From Felis catus (Eukaryota), in the NCBI RefSeq assembly GCF_018350175.1, contig NC_058373.1:108812001-108876000 (forward strand): a DNA stretch of 64,000 nucleotides. The letters run 5' to 3'. Shown here in pieces: positions 39,201 through 51,968 of the stretch (position 1 is the first letter of the stretch; each line of letters starts with the position of its first letter). The notes under the pieces were generated by a model. The model saw only the letters and a program-made list of their open reading frames with translations. It had not been told where the DNA came from and made no database searches. Position numbers and translations under genes: made by a program.

Positions 39201-40699
39201 TTCAGTTCTCTTTCATGCTATTGCTATCAGTATAAACTTAGAGCCACTAATTGTACATGGTTAGTGTTTAAAAGCACTTGCTCAGAAGACCTCACATTTT
39301 TCAGGGCACTTGACTATATACTTTAAAACTGTATTTATGTAAATCATACTTCACTAAAGCTGATTTCAAAAGGGGGATACTTGAAAACAAACTAAACTCA
39401 GAATGGCTCTAGACTTCTGCTACCTTGTTTTTCTCACTAATGGATGCACATCGTCGTTTTTACAAGCACCCATGCTTTTCTCATACAGGGATTGTAGAGT
39501 GATTTATTTACAATTTTCAAAGAGTATGAAAGGCTTCTCTGTAACTGCTTAGACCCAGAATATCTTATAACTCTGCATAACCCTTACTTTCAAAGTGCAA
39601 AAAAAAAATGGTAATGTGCCTTCAAGAATATCTTAGGTTGATTATTGCCTCCTGGCTATTCCTTCCTCACTACTCTGCAGTCAGTAAAGAGGTACCCTAG
39701 AATGAATAAGGCACTTAGTTCAATAAGTTTTGCTAGTTGGTCAACACTCTGGAAAATATTTAATACATGGATGAGTCGAAATAAGTAACTATATAATATT
39801 TCAAATGATCTTTGTGTTAGACCCATGATCTCCATTTCCCATCATTCCTGTGGAACACTTTAATGGTATCAGCCAACAAAATATATATGCATTCTATAAA
39901 ACACGCAATATTGATTAATTCTGGTAATGTTTTAATTTGCCTATATTTTCCTTTAAATAATGGAAAATAACTCTAATTCTTTCAGTCTGGCTGTTGGGTC
40001 TGTCATTTTTTAGGGGTGTGTGTGTGTATGTGTGTGTGTGTGTTTACCTTTTGTTGAGGTGAAATCTCTTTATAGCACTGTGAACAAATGTTATCATACA
40101 TCTGGCCTTCTTTATGCCTTCCTATACTTTAAAAAATACTACTGGATTTTATTGGCTCAAGTGCTTATTTTCCAGTTGGAATTGTAAGCCAAAGGAATTA
40201 TTTTACAACAATTTTATCATTTTCTTTATTTTTCTTGCCTAAAGGTACTCTATGATTTATTTCATTCTACTTCTGATGATATGATTTAAAGATACAATAG
40301 ATAAAACATATTCCAATGCATTTTTCTGTATTTCTTCTTTTTTAGAGTAACTTTTATTTAATGTTTCTATATTACTAATCCAAGGCAAACTCATTTTTAT
40401 TTCAGTTCCCTAAGCCCTGGATAATCAGTGTCTTAAACATTTCTCTGACAAAATAAGATCTAAATTTCCTGTAGTATATTTTGGAAAATTTGGATCTTAT
40501 TCTATATTTTGGATCCTGTATTTTGGATCATTCAGCAGCTAGATGTTGGCATGAGGTCAATGAGAGAATAGCTGATTTTTGGTGGTAAAAAAAAAAAAAG
40601 GTATTAAGATCTCAATGGAGGTTAGTTTTCACTTCCTGTGATGGACACTCACAGGATGGAGTGGTGGTGGTGGATGGAGTCAGGAATCCTAAACTGTAC

Positions 40700-41005
40700 T
40701 CCTCTCCTATTTCTGCCTGTCCTAATTCCATCCATTCATTAAAATAAAGCTCAGATAGTATCTCCTTCATTAAACTTCCTCACTCTGGCCATAACTACTT
40801 TTTTTCCTTCTGCTGAATTCCCATAATCTTGGTTTATTCATCCCCTGTGGTACTGATCCTGATTTAAATTATAATATGGTAATGTTATGTGGTAATGTGG
40901 AATCTCCCCCAATTGATTATAAAATTCTTTAGTAACATAACCATCTCTAATCTACCATCTGATCTCTCAAACATCAAATATCCTGCCTTGTAAATAAATA
41001 AATGG
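40700..41005 (+). mobile_element. L2 3' region
   Basis: ccatccattcattaaaataaagctcagatagtatctccttc...tctcccccaattgattataaaattcttt. Confidence 0.55.
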
Positions 41006-41063
41006 ATGATCAAAGCATTTTATGTAGAGTTTTTCTAATAAGGCTATATTTATAAAAAAAAAT

Positions 41064-41294
41064 TTTTTTTATTTTTAAAAATTTTTTTTTTCAACGTTTA
41101 TTTATTTTTGGGACAGAGAGAGACAGAGCATGAATGGGCAAGGGGCAGAGAGAGAGGGAGACACAGAATCGGAAACAGGCTCCAGGCTCTGAGCCATCAG
41201 CCCAGAGCCCGACGCGGGGCTCGAACTCACGGACCGCGAGATCGTGACCTGGCTGAAGTTGGACGCTTAACCGACTGCGCCACCCAGGCGCCCC
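41064..41294 (-). mobile_element. Young SINEC_Fc
   Basis: Near-identical to the copies at 4666 and 54072; flanked by aaaaattttt. Confidence 0.97.
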
Positions 41295-42009
41295 TAAAAA
41301 TTTTTAAGAATAAAAAACATGACATTTCAAACTACCCTGGTAGCAATTATTCAAATGTTTAATTGTCTAGGCAAGTGTTACCCAAATAAACCCCAGAGCT
41401 CTCATAGCCCATTGTCAATATGTCCATTTAAAGGATTATTTGTCTGGTTCTTAAAGCTGTGAAGAATATTGTAGAATTTTACTGTATCCTGAAGAGTGTC
41501 ACAGGAATTTTACACAGTACATCATGTAATAAGAATTCCTAAAAATACTCTAGATATCTCTTTCTCCATAATTTCTCATCCATAACTTTAACTAAGAATC
41601 TTTCATTTTCTCCATAGAGCTCTTCACCATCAGGACACTCAAACTATGTAGTTCCACATATCTATGTGCATGCCATTATCTATCTGAAAAACTACCTCTG
41701 GAATTTTGCTATGTACCACCTGCCAACCATATGCAGCATCCCTGAAATTATGCTATTTCCCATTCATTTAGACCTTCTCTGCATCATATTACTTCCACAC
41801 AGAATCATTACACATGACTCTCACCATCTGCACCACCCCCCCGGGAAGTGCAATTCCTAGGGTAATTAGCTTTTTTCATGAGAATTGATGTCCCTTGCAA
41901 TTCTTATAAATAAGAGTCTCTTTCTAACTAAACAAAAATCAGTTATAAGCAATATTCACCTCCTAGAAAACATCCTAGATTTACTTTCTGACTGTTAGCT
42001 GAAACAATT

Positions 42010-42990
42010 ATCCATTCATTCATCTACTCAACACCTGAGAATCTACTGTATGTAGAGAACCATTATATAATTAGAAATAAAATAATAAATGACACTGTAT
42101 CTGCTCTTGAGGAACTTAAAGCTCAAGTATGCCATTTGCAAATAATGAGAAAGAATGAAATCTGGCCATTTGCAGCAATGTGGATGGAACTGGAGGGTAT
42201 TATGCTGAGTGAAATAAGCCAGGCAGAGAAAGACAGGTACCATATGTTTTCACTTATATGTGGATCTTGAAGAACTTAACAGAAGGCCATGGGGGAGGCT
42301 AAGGAGGAAAAAAAGTTACAGAGAGGGAGGGAGGCAAATCGTAGAGACTCTTAAGGACTGAGAACAAACTAAGGGTAGATGGGAGGTAGGGGAGAGGGGA
42401 AAGTAGGTGATGGGCAGGGAGGAGGGCATTTGTTGGGATGAGCACTGGATGTTGTATGGAAACCAACTTGACAATAAATTATATTAAAAAAGAAAAAAAT
42501 TGTTACCCCCCCAAAAAAAAAAGCTCAAGTATGGAAGTCAAACAGATAAGTGTATGTGATAAGTACTATTAGAAGAGTAGACAGGAGCTGCTATGGAAAT
42601 ACAGACAAATGATGAGTGAACTAATCAGGACATGAAGGTCAGAGAAAGCATTCCGAAGATCTTTCATTCATTTATTTAACAAGTATTTATTAAGCTACCT
42701 GTGGTAGTAAGTTCTGGTGATACAAAGGTAAGCAAATTAGACCTGGTTCTTTACAATCTGGTGAAAAGTTAGCTAACTGAAGTTCTGAGAGGATTAATAA
42801 GGGTTCAGGACTAAGAAGTCTGTACTTTATCCTCAGAAGTGGAACCGTTAATGACAGTTAAGCTTGTAAGTAGCATAATCATATTGGCATGTTAGGTAAT
42901 TTGGAATAGGACGGGTAAAATAGGGAGGAACTAAATCAGAGAATCAGGAAACTATGATAATACTTCAGCTGTAGAGTGAGCACAGCATTG
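42010..42990 (-). mobile_element. L2 fragments (host of the L1 insertions at 42132 and 43009)
   Basis: cattcattcatctactcaacac... and ttcattcatttatttaacaagtatttattaag are reversed L2 3' ends. Confidence 0.65.
42132..42519 (+). mobile_element. Cat-type L1 (L1_Fc-like) 3' end, 5'-truncated
   Basis: Felid 3' UTR (aacttaacagaaggccatggggg...gtatggaaaccaacttgacaataaa); exact 14-bp TSD aaagctcaagtatg at 42118-42131 and 42520-42533. Confidence 0.93.
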
Positions 42991-43008
42991 GTGAAGAGGT
43001 AGAATTAA

Positions 43009-45016
43009 GGAGTGGCATCAGCAAGATGGCAAAATAAGTTTTGTACCATAATCTTTCCACAAAACATTGATTTTGACAATCACCCACAGATTAGAGTACC
43101 TTTGTGAGAGTCTGGGGGTCTAGTGGAGAAGTTCCAGCAACCCGTTAGAGAAAAAAATCTGAGACTAGATGCATTAAAGAGGTTAAGAACATTTTCACTT
43201 TACTCACATCACCCTACCACTGAGGAGGCACAGCTTAGTGCCAAGAGACACTCCCTTGGCCCCCCAGTTTCTCCCACAATGGAAAGTGAGAGTGCACTAA
43301 GTGAGTGAGTACCCAGCTTCCTCAGCTGTATGGGACACTGCTGAAGAGACCCACTTATTTTTCACCCCCATGCAACGTACTCAAATTTTCTACATGATGG
43401 AGGGTCTGGCAGAGGCTTTCAGCACAACAGTCAACACTTAGAAATCACCTAAGGAATGTGGATCCTACTAAACCAATTGCAGACTCCTTCAGGAAAGCCG
43501 CGCATAAGCTGCTGAGATACCTCACCTGTCACGCTCCCAATTGGCCCATGGACACCTCCAGTGGTCCCTGCACCTCACCTGTACACTCCCACATGACCAG
43601 CTTCCTACATGAACCCATGTGGACAGCAAGTACAAGCCTTTGCAGATTCCTAGTGAGCATGAGAAGGAAGCTGATCTGACACTGTGGAACTGGGGAAAAA
43701 GCATACAAATGAGCATTTCGGGGCAGTGTCCTAGGACAAACAAATAGGAGGCTCTTATCACTAAGCCTGGTTTTGTGGGATTGGGAGAATGCATACATTC
43801 ATAAGAATTTCCCTCAAAAAGAGAACAAGAAGTGTGGTGCAGGCACATTCTTAGAAGAGATCCAAGAGGCCTCAGAATCCCTGGTAGAAATTATGTTAAA
43901 GCTATTTCTTTCCTGAAGCCAGTCAGCAAAGACTAAAGGAGGTGATTGCTTTTTGAACTGCAAAGACAACAATAGAAGACTTCAAGAACAGGAAAAAATT
44001 AAGCGAACACGACACCATGAAAGGAACACAATAATTTCCCAGAGACTGATCCCAAAGAATTGGAGATACACAATTTGTCCTATAAAGAATTCAAAATAGT
44101 TGTTTTAAGGAAGCTCTGTTAGCTACAAACAAAAACAAAAACTGACAATTCAACAAACTCAAGAAAATAATACCTGAACAAAACAATGACTTTGACAAAG
44201 AGATAGAAATCATCAAAAGGAACCAAAACAGAAATATTGGAGCTGATGAATACAACAAACGAAATGGAAAATTCAGTAGAGAGCATCAGTAGCATCAATA
44301 GCAGACTCGATCAATCGGAAGAAAGAGGCAGCAAATTTAGACACAGGTCATTTGAAATTATCCAGCACCCCCATGTTCACTGCATCATTATTCCCAATAG
44401 CCAAGATATGGAAATAGCGTAAGTGTCCATCAACAAATGAATGGATATATAAAATGTTAGTGTACACACACACACACACACACACACACAGAAGAATATT
44501 CAGCCTTAAACAAAATCCTGCCATTTGCAACAACATGGATGGACCTAGAGGACATTATATTAAATGAAATAAGCCAGACACAGAAAGGTAGAAAGATAAG
44601 CATTGTATTATTTAATTTATATGTGGCATGTAGCAAAAAAAAAAAAAAGTGAACTCATAGAAACATAGAATGATAGTTGCCAGGGACTTGGGATGTCAGA
44701 AATAGGAAGATGTTTGGTCAAAGGGCATGAGCTTGTAGCTATTAGATGAATAAATTCTGGGGATCTAATTATAGCGTGGTGACTGTAGTTAATCATACTG
44801 TATTGTATATTTGAAATTTGTTAACAGAACAGATCTTAAGCATTCTTACCACACAGACATACAAAAAGCTAAGTATGTGAGGTGGTAGATGTGTGAATTA
44901 AATTCCTTGTGGCAACCATTTCACGGTGTATACATTTATCAAATCAAATCATGAAGCTGTATACTCTATATGCAATTTTATTTGCCAGTTATACTCAATA
45001 AAGCTGGAAGGAAAAA
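43009..45016 (+). mobile_element. L1 keeping its 5' UTR/ORF1 start and 3' UTR but lacking almost all of ORF2
   Basis: Starts with the YY1-type gcaagatggc; ORF1-like to ...gaaattatccag (44365), then cacccccatgttcactgca of the ORF2 end and an L1MA-type 3' UTR; TSD aagaggtagaatt / aagatatagaatt. Confidence 0.85.
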
Positions 45017-45029
45017 AAGATATAGAATT

Positions 45030-45275
45030 GATAAGACTGAGCTATTGGGTAAGAGGTGAAAAAGAGAGGAGTCAAGATTGCTCCTAGTTTTATGGCTGTA
45101 TGATTTATTGAAATGGTAAACATATGATAAAAGCAGTTTTACATAGTAAGCTAGTGAGTTTGGTTTTAAGTAGGTTGAGTTGGAAATACTAATGAGACCC
45201 TCCTAATAGAGAGGTCAGTTAACACTTGGCTATATGGGCTGGAGAAAAATATTTTGGGGTCAGCAATATATCAGT
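45030..45275 (-). mobile_element. L2 fragment
   Basis: aaagagaggagtcaagattgctcctagtttt...gagtttggttttaagtaggttgagttggaaatac. Confidence 0.65.
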
Positions 45276-45279
45276 ATGG

Positions 45280-45710
45280 TGTGATAGATACTGCTGGGGG
45301 TGTTCATTAGAAATTCATTTTGATGTCTTCATTTTGATAGACAACTTGTACTACATTTCTCAGTTTCTTTTTCAGTGGGGTGTGTCAGTGTAACTAGATG
45401 ACCATTAGGATATGAGTGAATATAATGTGTATTGTTCCCGAACCAAAGCTTTTAAGAAGGTGGTATGCCTTCTCCCTGTTCTCTTTCCCTTTTAGCTCAA
45501 TGGGAGCAAACAATGCCAAGGCCCTAGGGGATATTAGATTCACAAGACTGTCGCATTTGAGTTCTTGAATCTCCCCATGAAAAAAAAGTCTTCCAACTTA
45601 CCAGAAATACTCACTGTGGACTACTATATGAGAAAAAAACTCTGTTGTGTTTGAGCCCTACGTTGTGTGGTCTACGTGTTACAGTATTTTAGCCTACCTT
45701 AATAAATGCA
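45280..45710 (+). mobile_element. MaLR LTR (MLT1G/H-like)
   Basis: tgtgatag start, ctacatttctcagtttc, tgttgtgtttgagcc...gtgttacagta...taaatgca end. Confidence 0.65.
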
Positions 45711-46329
45711 ATAGTAAAAGTCGGTGAGGTGACTCAAGAATGCACAGAGCAGTGAGAGGAGTTGTCAAGGAAACCCTCAAGAGGAGACAGAAGGAGCAAG
45801 CAGACAGAAGGAAAGTCAGAAGACTATAAGCTTAGAGAGTCTGAGGTAAAGAGCTTCAGCTGTGCTCAGTTGTCCATGTGCAGGATCAGAGGAAGGCTGC
45901 ATTGGTTCACAGCCAAGGTTTTACTGGGAGAATAATGAGAGGGAATTAAGTGTGAGGTGATGAACCATAAAGAATATGATGAATAAAGAAAGAAAGTAGA
46001 AAGGAAATAAACAGGGTAACAGCAGAAGAATCAGGATCAGTTAAAGAAATGTATAAGCAACAGAGAGAGAAATCAGCTGATACTGTGATTCGGTAGTGTT
46101 TTTAGGTTAGGTTTATAGAGGCACAGAAGTTCTAGGTGACAGTGATGTCTAGGGTTTAGTCATGGGAGGAGAAAGCTAAAAAGGTAAATAGCTGACGTGA
46201 AGACTAGTAGAACTGAGGAAGACATGGCTTTTGATAAGTGTTTCCCTTAGAAACTGAGTTCACCTATGTTGGTGTTTGATTTGGGTAGAGGTATAAAGAA
46301 GGCAGCAGTCCTTAACTCAATATATCACA

Positions 46330-46550
46330 GTGGGTAAGACACTGTATCTCAAGAGCCAAATTTTATTAAATTCAAATCCTGGTTTGCAACTTACTAATTG
46401 CATCCTTTTTGGCAAGTTACTTACCTGTGTCATATTTTTTCCTTTGTAAAATGAGCTTATTAGTAATAGTGATTTTCTCAAAGACATAAAGTTCCTAGAA
46501 CAACATTTGACATAGGGTAAGCTCTAAAAATGTTAGCTGCTATTATTTTA
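46330..46550 (+). mobile_element. MIR
   Basis: ttcaaatcctggtttgcaacttactaa...ggcaagttactta...tgtaaaatgag...catagggtaagctctaaaaatgttagct. Confidence 0.8.
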
Positions 46551-47862
46551 ATTTATATTATAATGATATTGCTAAAAACTGTTTGGATTTTGTGTCTGTT
46601 GTTTAACCAGAAATAAACAAGGGGAATCATAGGCACACATCTTAGTTCGCACCATTAGAAGTATAGTGAGGACATTATAATACATTACAAATTATAATGG
46701 CAAGCCTGAGCCTTATGATTGAGTTGGGGCTCAATTTTAGCTTCCTAGGAAACCTCTAATGTAGGTATGCCTGTGCCATAAATATGTTCTATTCCTAGGC
46801 TAAGTTCTGGTTTACCCTTCTGGTCCAGAAGAGTCACAACTAAGAATTTTCTCAAACTCTCCTTTAATTCAATTTTTAACATCAGTAATAGAATTAACTA
46901 CTCTATGTGGCTTTGGGTTTTCACTAATTGAGAAACTACATCATGAATCAGTAACAGGAATGGCTCGTGAGTCCTTTGGTTTTTCATCAAGCAGGATGAC
47001 TCAACTGGCTAGGACATTTAGATCTTTATAACTGTATTAACTAGCTCCAGTGGCTTTGGCTCAACACAATCTAACAGGAAAGGGCTGGCTATGAGTAGAA
47101 AATACTCCTAGAACTTCCAAATGAATTAAAACTAAAAGGGTGTACAATACTATGCTTTCTACCAGCGGATTCAAAGGTTGTATTCATTTGATTCAAGAGG
47201 AATCAAGTTCATCTAATTCTCCTGACTTCCTACCACAGCTCAGTTTCAAGGTCTGAGTGTTTAGTCATCTTTACCAGTTTCCTTTCTATTTATAAAACAG
47301 AGGGCATTATACCTGACAATGTAATTACTATGTATTCATTTGAAAAATATGATTTCTCATATTAAATTCATAAAAAGATTAATAAAATCTTAGGTTTCTC
47401 TTTATTCTCAGAGAGGCTATAGATAGTATAAGATAGCTATAAGGCTTATTCAAGTGATCACAGAAAGTTTATGTTAATGAAATACTGTGAAACTAACCAC
47501 TGAGACTCTGGAATAATTTATTACTGATAACCATACATTTTGAAGCTCATGTCTAAAGTTATTTTTATGACTCAGAGTCGGAAATAGGGGCAACTGTTAG
47601 TAATTCTGACACAATCTGTGCATGTGTATGTGTGCGTGTGTACATGTTCATTGGTTGAATTATAGACCATTCCCAAATTTTATGAATAATGGTTTTTAAA
47701 TATTTCAGACTGTCTCTGGAGTATGAGAAAGTTAACTTGATTGTGCATGTCTGTTGGAGAAAGGGCCACAAGATAGGGATGAGTGAAGGAAGGGCTGAGG
47801 GTTTTTCATCTGGAAAATGAAGACAAAATCCTTAATTTGCAAATTAAACTAAAGGTTTGTTT

Positions 47863-48085
47863 GGGGCGCCTGGGTGGGTCAGTTGGTTAAGCATCTGACT
47901 TCAGCTCAGGTCATGATCTCATGGTTCGTGAGTTCGAGCCCCACATGGGGCTCTGTGCTGACAGCACAGAGCCTGGAGCCTGCTTCAGAATCTATGTCTC
48001 CCTCTCTCTCTCTGCCCCCCTCCACGTTTGCGCTCTCTCTCTCTCTCTCAAAAATAAATAAACATTAAAAAAATTAAAAGAAAAT
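47863..48085 (+). mobile_element. Can-SINE
   Basis: ggggcgcctgggtgggtcagttggttaagc...aaaataaataaacattaaaa. Confidence 0.95.
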
Positions 48086-49444
48086 AAACTGTAGTTTTGG
48101 CATTTCTTACGTACCTAATAGTATTTCCATCTTTCTCTCACGCATAATAAATTCATGACATCTAAAGGTTTAATTTCCAGTACCGAACATTTTATTTTTC
48201 TACTCATTTTATAAATGAATAATATCAAAGTGCAGAATAATCATTATTTGTACAATTATTGCTGAAAAATGAAGTGGTGAAGATTCCAAAGTTGAATTAC
48301 TTAGAGGCAGCCATTGCCATGATGGAAGAGCCTAAAACATTTCATCATGGGTGGAAAAAAAGCAAAAATGTGGCATGTGAAAGGTCTTTTGCAAATATAA
48401 CATATAGACGCACTGGCTGTTTGAAAGTTAATTATTTGAAAGTCAGTACATTTGTGAAAATGCTGCATCACGATTTATTTTTTATGAGCTCATATGTCAA
48501 CATATGCTTTCATTGTTTTGTTTACTGTTTCCCACTTTATTGAGATATACTCCCCATGTGTTTTAATCCTTTCCCCCCATTTTTCCACACTAGAATACCT
48601 TAGATGGAATTAGAGGACACTTGCTTTATTTCATCTTAGCCCCATTGGGATCACTGGTTCTATTTGCTTCTTTACTCCCCATGATAGTCAAATCAGTGAT
48701 GGCTTTTACTGTGACCTTAGGCTCATCATTTAGCTAGAATATGATGTTATATTGTTCAGAATTTGGGGCTTTGTTCTTGCTGTATGGTTATTTATTAACC
48801 CTGCTGTAGTTCCTCTAACCTTGCCTTTTTCTTTAGTTCTCACAGCTGCTTCCAGTTTCTGAACAGAGTTGATGGGGTATTTTCATGGACTCAGTAGGAT
48901 TCTATTCCTGCCTACTTTGGCTAACCTTCTGACTGTAGCTCCTATATGGACTTCAAAATATGTCTTCTCACCCTTTCCTTTGCCTCCCTTGGGTATGACC
49001 TCTGATGTATTTGGCTAGGGGATGTGATCCCCTATTATCTAGGTGAACTTCTATCCTGATGAGTTCTGACCAAAATCTTGTTCCAATGTGACAGACATTT
49101 AAGAATTCCTTCTCTATAAAACATAGGCTATAAGTAGATATTTAAATAAACTAATATTTATCTTTTGCAAAAATGGAACACCCCAATTTTTACATAATAG
49201 CCTATACACCCTTAATAGATTTAAACAAGTGTGGAATTAACCCAAAGTAGGATAGTTTGCAACTTGAATATTTATGTTACCAACAGAAATCTAGCTATAC
49301 AAGTAGTTGTTTTTTTGAATGAGAGTATCATCAGTGATGATTGTATCTGTAAGAACTAATTGTTTCATATTTTGTAGCTATGCTGTCCTTAGGACAAAAT
49401 GGTACTTGGCAGGAAGAAGTGATGCAGTTAAAAAGCTTGGGCAT

Positions 49445-49660
49445 AGCATAGCAGTTAATAGCATGGAGTATGGATTCAAACGGCCTAGGCCCATGTCTTT
49501 CTTTAGGCACTTGTACTTTAATAACTTTGGAAATTTGCTTTATCTCTTTATTCTTATTTCCTCATCTAAACCTCATAAGGTCTTTGTAAATATTGAATGA
49601 GATAAAAGATGCAAATTGCTTAAATTCATGACAGGAACAAAGTAAGTGCTCAATTAATAT
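49445..49660 (+). mobile_element. MIR
   Basis: agcatagcagttaatagcatggag...ttcctcatcta...aaagtaagtgctcaattaatatta. Confidence 0.7.
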
Positions 49661-49669
49661 TAAAAACAA

Positions 49670-49900
49670 CTCACATTTTCTGAACACTTAATTCTGAGCC
49701 AGATACTATTTTATATATGTATTTTAATGCAGTTAATTTTCACATAATTCTTCTATAAAATTGGTACTGTTATTCCTATATTAGAAATGATGAACCTTAG
49801 GCACAGAGAGACCATTTAATTTGGCCTCATGGTATAATTGAAAATTTCATCTCTGTATATGGTTCCTGAATCCATAGTCTTAACTGCTTCACAATACTGA
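49670..49900 (-). mobile_element. MIR
   Basis: acattttctgaacactta...ggtactgttattcctatattagaaatgatgaaccttaggcacagagag. Confidence 0.7.
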
Positions 49901-50869
49901 CTGTTGGTCAATGTTACCTATCATTATTATTCCAATTAGTGAATTTCCATTTTTGGAAAAAATTCTAAATTCCTGGTCTTCTGTCTAGGTACATTATATT
50001 TTGGGGGTCTGCGTTTTAGAATAGTATCTTCATCATTGAATATCATTTTTCTCTTGACTCTCTAACTCATCGACGTCCTTTTCTTTGGTGTATACACATA
50101 TTATGGACACTATACAAATGTAAGTCTTGTTTGCGGAGGGAAGGGTCAGTGCTGCTTACCCAATGAAACTATAAGCCCCTTGATAGCAGGGAACATAGGA
50201 GCCACCAGGGCTGTGCTAAGAACACATTATGGGCTCTATAATGTTTTCAGATAGATGCTTATATAACTAATGACTTCAGTTTATTTTAAATACAATGTAA
50301 GAGGTTTGAAGCCTCTTATGAATACAGAAAGGCTATCCCAATGCATTATTTAATATACCTTCTGATAAGGTTTATAGAGATTCTTTCTTTTGCTAATTAC
50401 TGCTCTAGTTAAGCAATAAAGAACAAATTGATCTTTACATAATGGCATGAATATGAATTCAGTCATGCCTAGAATACTGTTCTAACCCTGGCTCTTATTC
50501 TGCCCTTTAGCTGCCAAAGGAATCCAGAAAGTAGATACTCCAGGAATTCTGACAATCTAAATTTTTCCAGTCTCCCAGCATGTCCTACTGGCACAATGAG
50601 GCCATACAGATTCAGGCTGTACACTCTGATGCATGCCTACTAAAGTGTCTTTAATTCCCAGAAAAGTCAGTTATTCACAAAGAACAATTCAGCTGAAAAT
50701 GGAGCATTTTCACTGATACAGCACTTCCGAGTGGCAAGTCAGAAAGGTCTGTCCTCTCTTAGCACTGGAATTGGGTACTACAGAACTTGCTTTTGCTATT
50801 TATAGAAAGCTCAGCTTAGTTTTTATTAGGATTGGTGGATCATCATATATGTTGAACAATCTGAATTTA

Positions 50870-51064
50870 TTTTTTTTCTTTATTTTAGTGTGTGAGCAGG
50901 GGAGAGGAGAAGAGGGGGAGAGAGAGAGAGAGATTGAGAATCTTAAACAGGCTGTGCTCTCAGCATGGAGCCCAACACAGGGCTCGATCCCATGACCCTG
51001 GGATCATGTCTTGAGCCTAAATCAAGAGTCAGACACTCAACCAACTGTGCCACCCAGGTGCCCC
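50870..51064 (-). mobile_element. Can-SINE (older subfamily)
   Basis: Exact 17-bp TSD tgaacaatctgaattta at 50853-50869 and 51065-51081. Confidence 0.95.
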
Positions 51065-51285
51065 TGAACAATCTGAATTTAATAATCTTTAAGGCACTTT
51101 AGATAAATTTCATGGGTGGTATCATTTTGACAATATGGAAGGGATTGAGATTTCAATTTTTTTCTTAGTAAGGAATTCTGTTTTTAGCATTTTATCAAAA
51201 CGAGATAGAAGAACAGTAGATATTCTCTGGCAGATATAGGAGATATTTCTTTGAGATGGAATATAAGTGGAGGAATACCGCAATT

Positions 51286-51486
51286 TTTTAAAAAATATTT
51301 ATTTTTGAGAGAGAGAGTGCAAACAGGAAAGGGACAGAGCGTGGCGGGGTGGGGGGACAGAAGATCTAAATTGGGCTCTTTGCCGACGACAGTGAGCCGG
51401 ATGCAGGGCTCAGCCTCATGAGCTTTGAGATCATGATCTGAGATGAAGTCAGATGCTCAACCAACTGAGCCACCCAGGTGCACCCA
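51286..51486 (-). mobile_element. Can-SINE
   Basis: gatcatgatctgagatgaagtcagatgctcaaccaactgagccacccaggtg; gcaatttt on both flanks. Confidence 0.92.
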
Positions 51487-51612
51487 GGCAATTTTAATTC
51501 AAGAAGACCAATGAAGAAACTGCAGGTGTGCCCCCTTCTCTATTAAGTGCCCTGTCTCCTAAATATCACTAGTCCTATTTTGTATGTGGTAAAAGCTATG
51601 TTCAGCAATATT

Positions 51613-51968
51613 TCTCTAACTTCCTTCCTTCCTTCCTTCCTTCCTTCCTTCCTTCCTTCCTTCCTTCCTTCCTTCCTTCCTTCCTTCCTTCCTTCCTTCC
51701 TTCCTTCCTCCCTCCCTCCCTCCCTCCCTCCCTCCCTCCCTCCCTCCCTCCCTCTCTCCCTCCCTCTCTTCCTCTTTCAGAGCAGGACACAGAGCCTGAG
51801 TGGGACAGGGGCAGAAAGAGAGGAGTGGGGCACACAATCTGAAGAAGGCTCCAGGCTCTGAGCTGTTAACACAGAGCCCGATATGGGGCTCAAATCCACA
51901 AACCGCGAGATCATGACCTGAGCCAAAGTTGGATGCTTAACCACTGAGCCACCCAGGTGCCCTGCCAT
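51613..51968 (-). mobile_element. Can-SINE whose tail region is a long (GGAA)n(GGGA)n tract
   Basis: The TSD ttcagcaatatt at 51601-51612 and 51969-51980 encloses both the microsatellite and the SINE body. Confidence 0.92.
51620..51778. repeat. (CTTC)n followed by (CCCT)n homopyrimidine microsatellite
   Basis: Read directly. Confidence 0.98.

Noticed and set aside
51547..51861. Low-complexity ORFs (LPSF and GRKE repeats)
   Set aside because: They are translations of the (CTTC)n microsatellite.
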